A stretch of DNA of 64,000 nucleotides from contig NC_092401.1 in NCBI RefSeq assembly GCF_030028105.1, positions 6,854,984 to 6,918,983 of the forward strand. The letters run 5' to 3'. Shown one piece after another: positions 63,785 through 64,000 of the stretch. The position numbers and the translations under genes are program-made. The notes below the pieces were generated by a model that did not search any database, was not told the DNA's origin, and saw only the letters and a list, made by a program, of their open reading frames with translations. Positions within the stretch are counted from its first letter, which is position 1; each line of letters opens with the position of its first letter. Origin of the DNA: Mobula birostris. Taxonomy: Eukaryota.

Positions 63785-64000
63785 TAGAACCATAGAACCA
63801 TAGAAACTACAGCACAGAAACAGGCCTTTTGGCCCTTCTTGGCTGTGCCGAACCATTTTCTGCCTAGTCCCACTGATCTGCACACGGACCATATCCCTCC
63901 ATACACCTCCCATCCATGTATCTGTCCAATTTATTCTTAAATGTTAAAAAAGAACCCGCATTGACCACCTCATCTGGCAGCTCATTCCATACTCCCACCA
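63785..64000 (-). mobile_element. Young CR1 3' end (truncated by the window edge)
   Basis: (AACCATAG)n tail; near-identical to 34790-35030. Confidence 0.88.

Overview
Vertebrate genomic DNA, most likely a cartilaginous fish (ray/skate). The taxon is inferred from the repeat complement and protein divergence and was not verified. Four + strand protein-coding genes were reconstructed by hand from splice signals and reading frame. They are the last coding exon and 3'UTR of RAVER1 (3621-3767), complete FDX2 (5 exons, 10045-21268, 176 aa, intron 3 is GC-AG), complete FBXL12 (3 exons, 24397-26794, 330 aa) and the first five coding exons of ATG4D (53349-63106, running off the window; probable CpG-island promoter near 35.1-35.8 kb). 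All four orthologues lie on human 19p13.2. The rest is TE-rich: CR1, Rex1/Babar and L2 LINE fragments, Penelope-like elements, Tc1, Tigger/pogo, hAT, a solo LTR and tRNA-derived SINEs, with one 225-N assembly gap. The most interesting items are (i) two Penelope-derived families carrying minimal hammerhead-ribozyme motifs, one as an inverted pair in the ATG4D first intron; (ii) a tail-out CR1/L2 chimera present twice with the same junction; (iii) an ATG4C-like insert in ATG4D between two in-frame acceptors, plus a uORF-dense leader; (iv) a ~760-bp local duplication of a transposon end plus flank. I could not demonstrate a wholly new biological system. Repeat boundaries are approximate unless TIRs/TSDs are quoted, and homologue comparisons are from memory, not searches.
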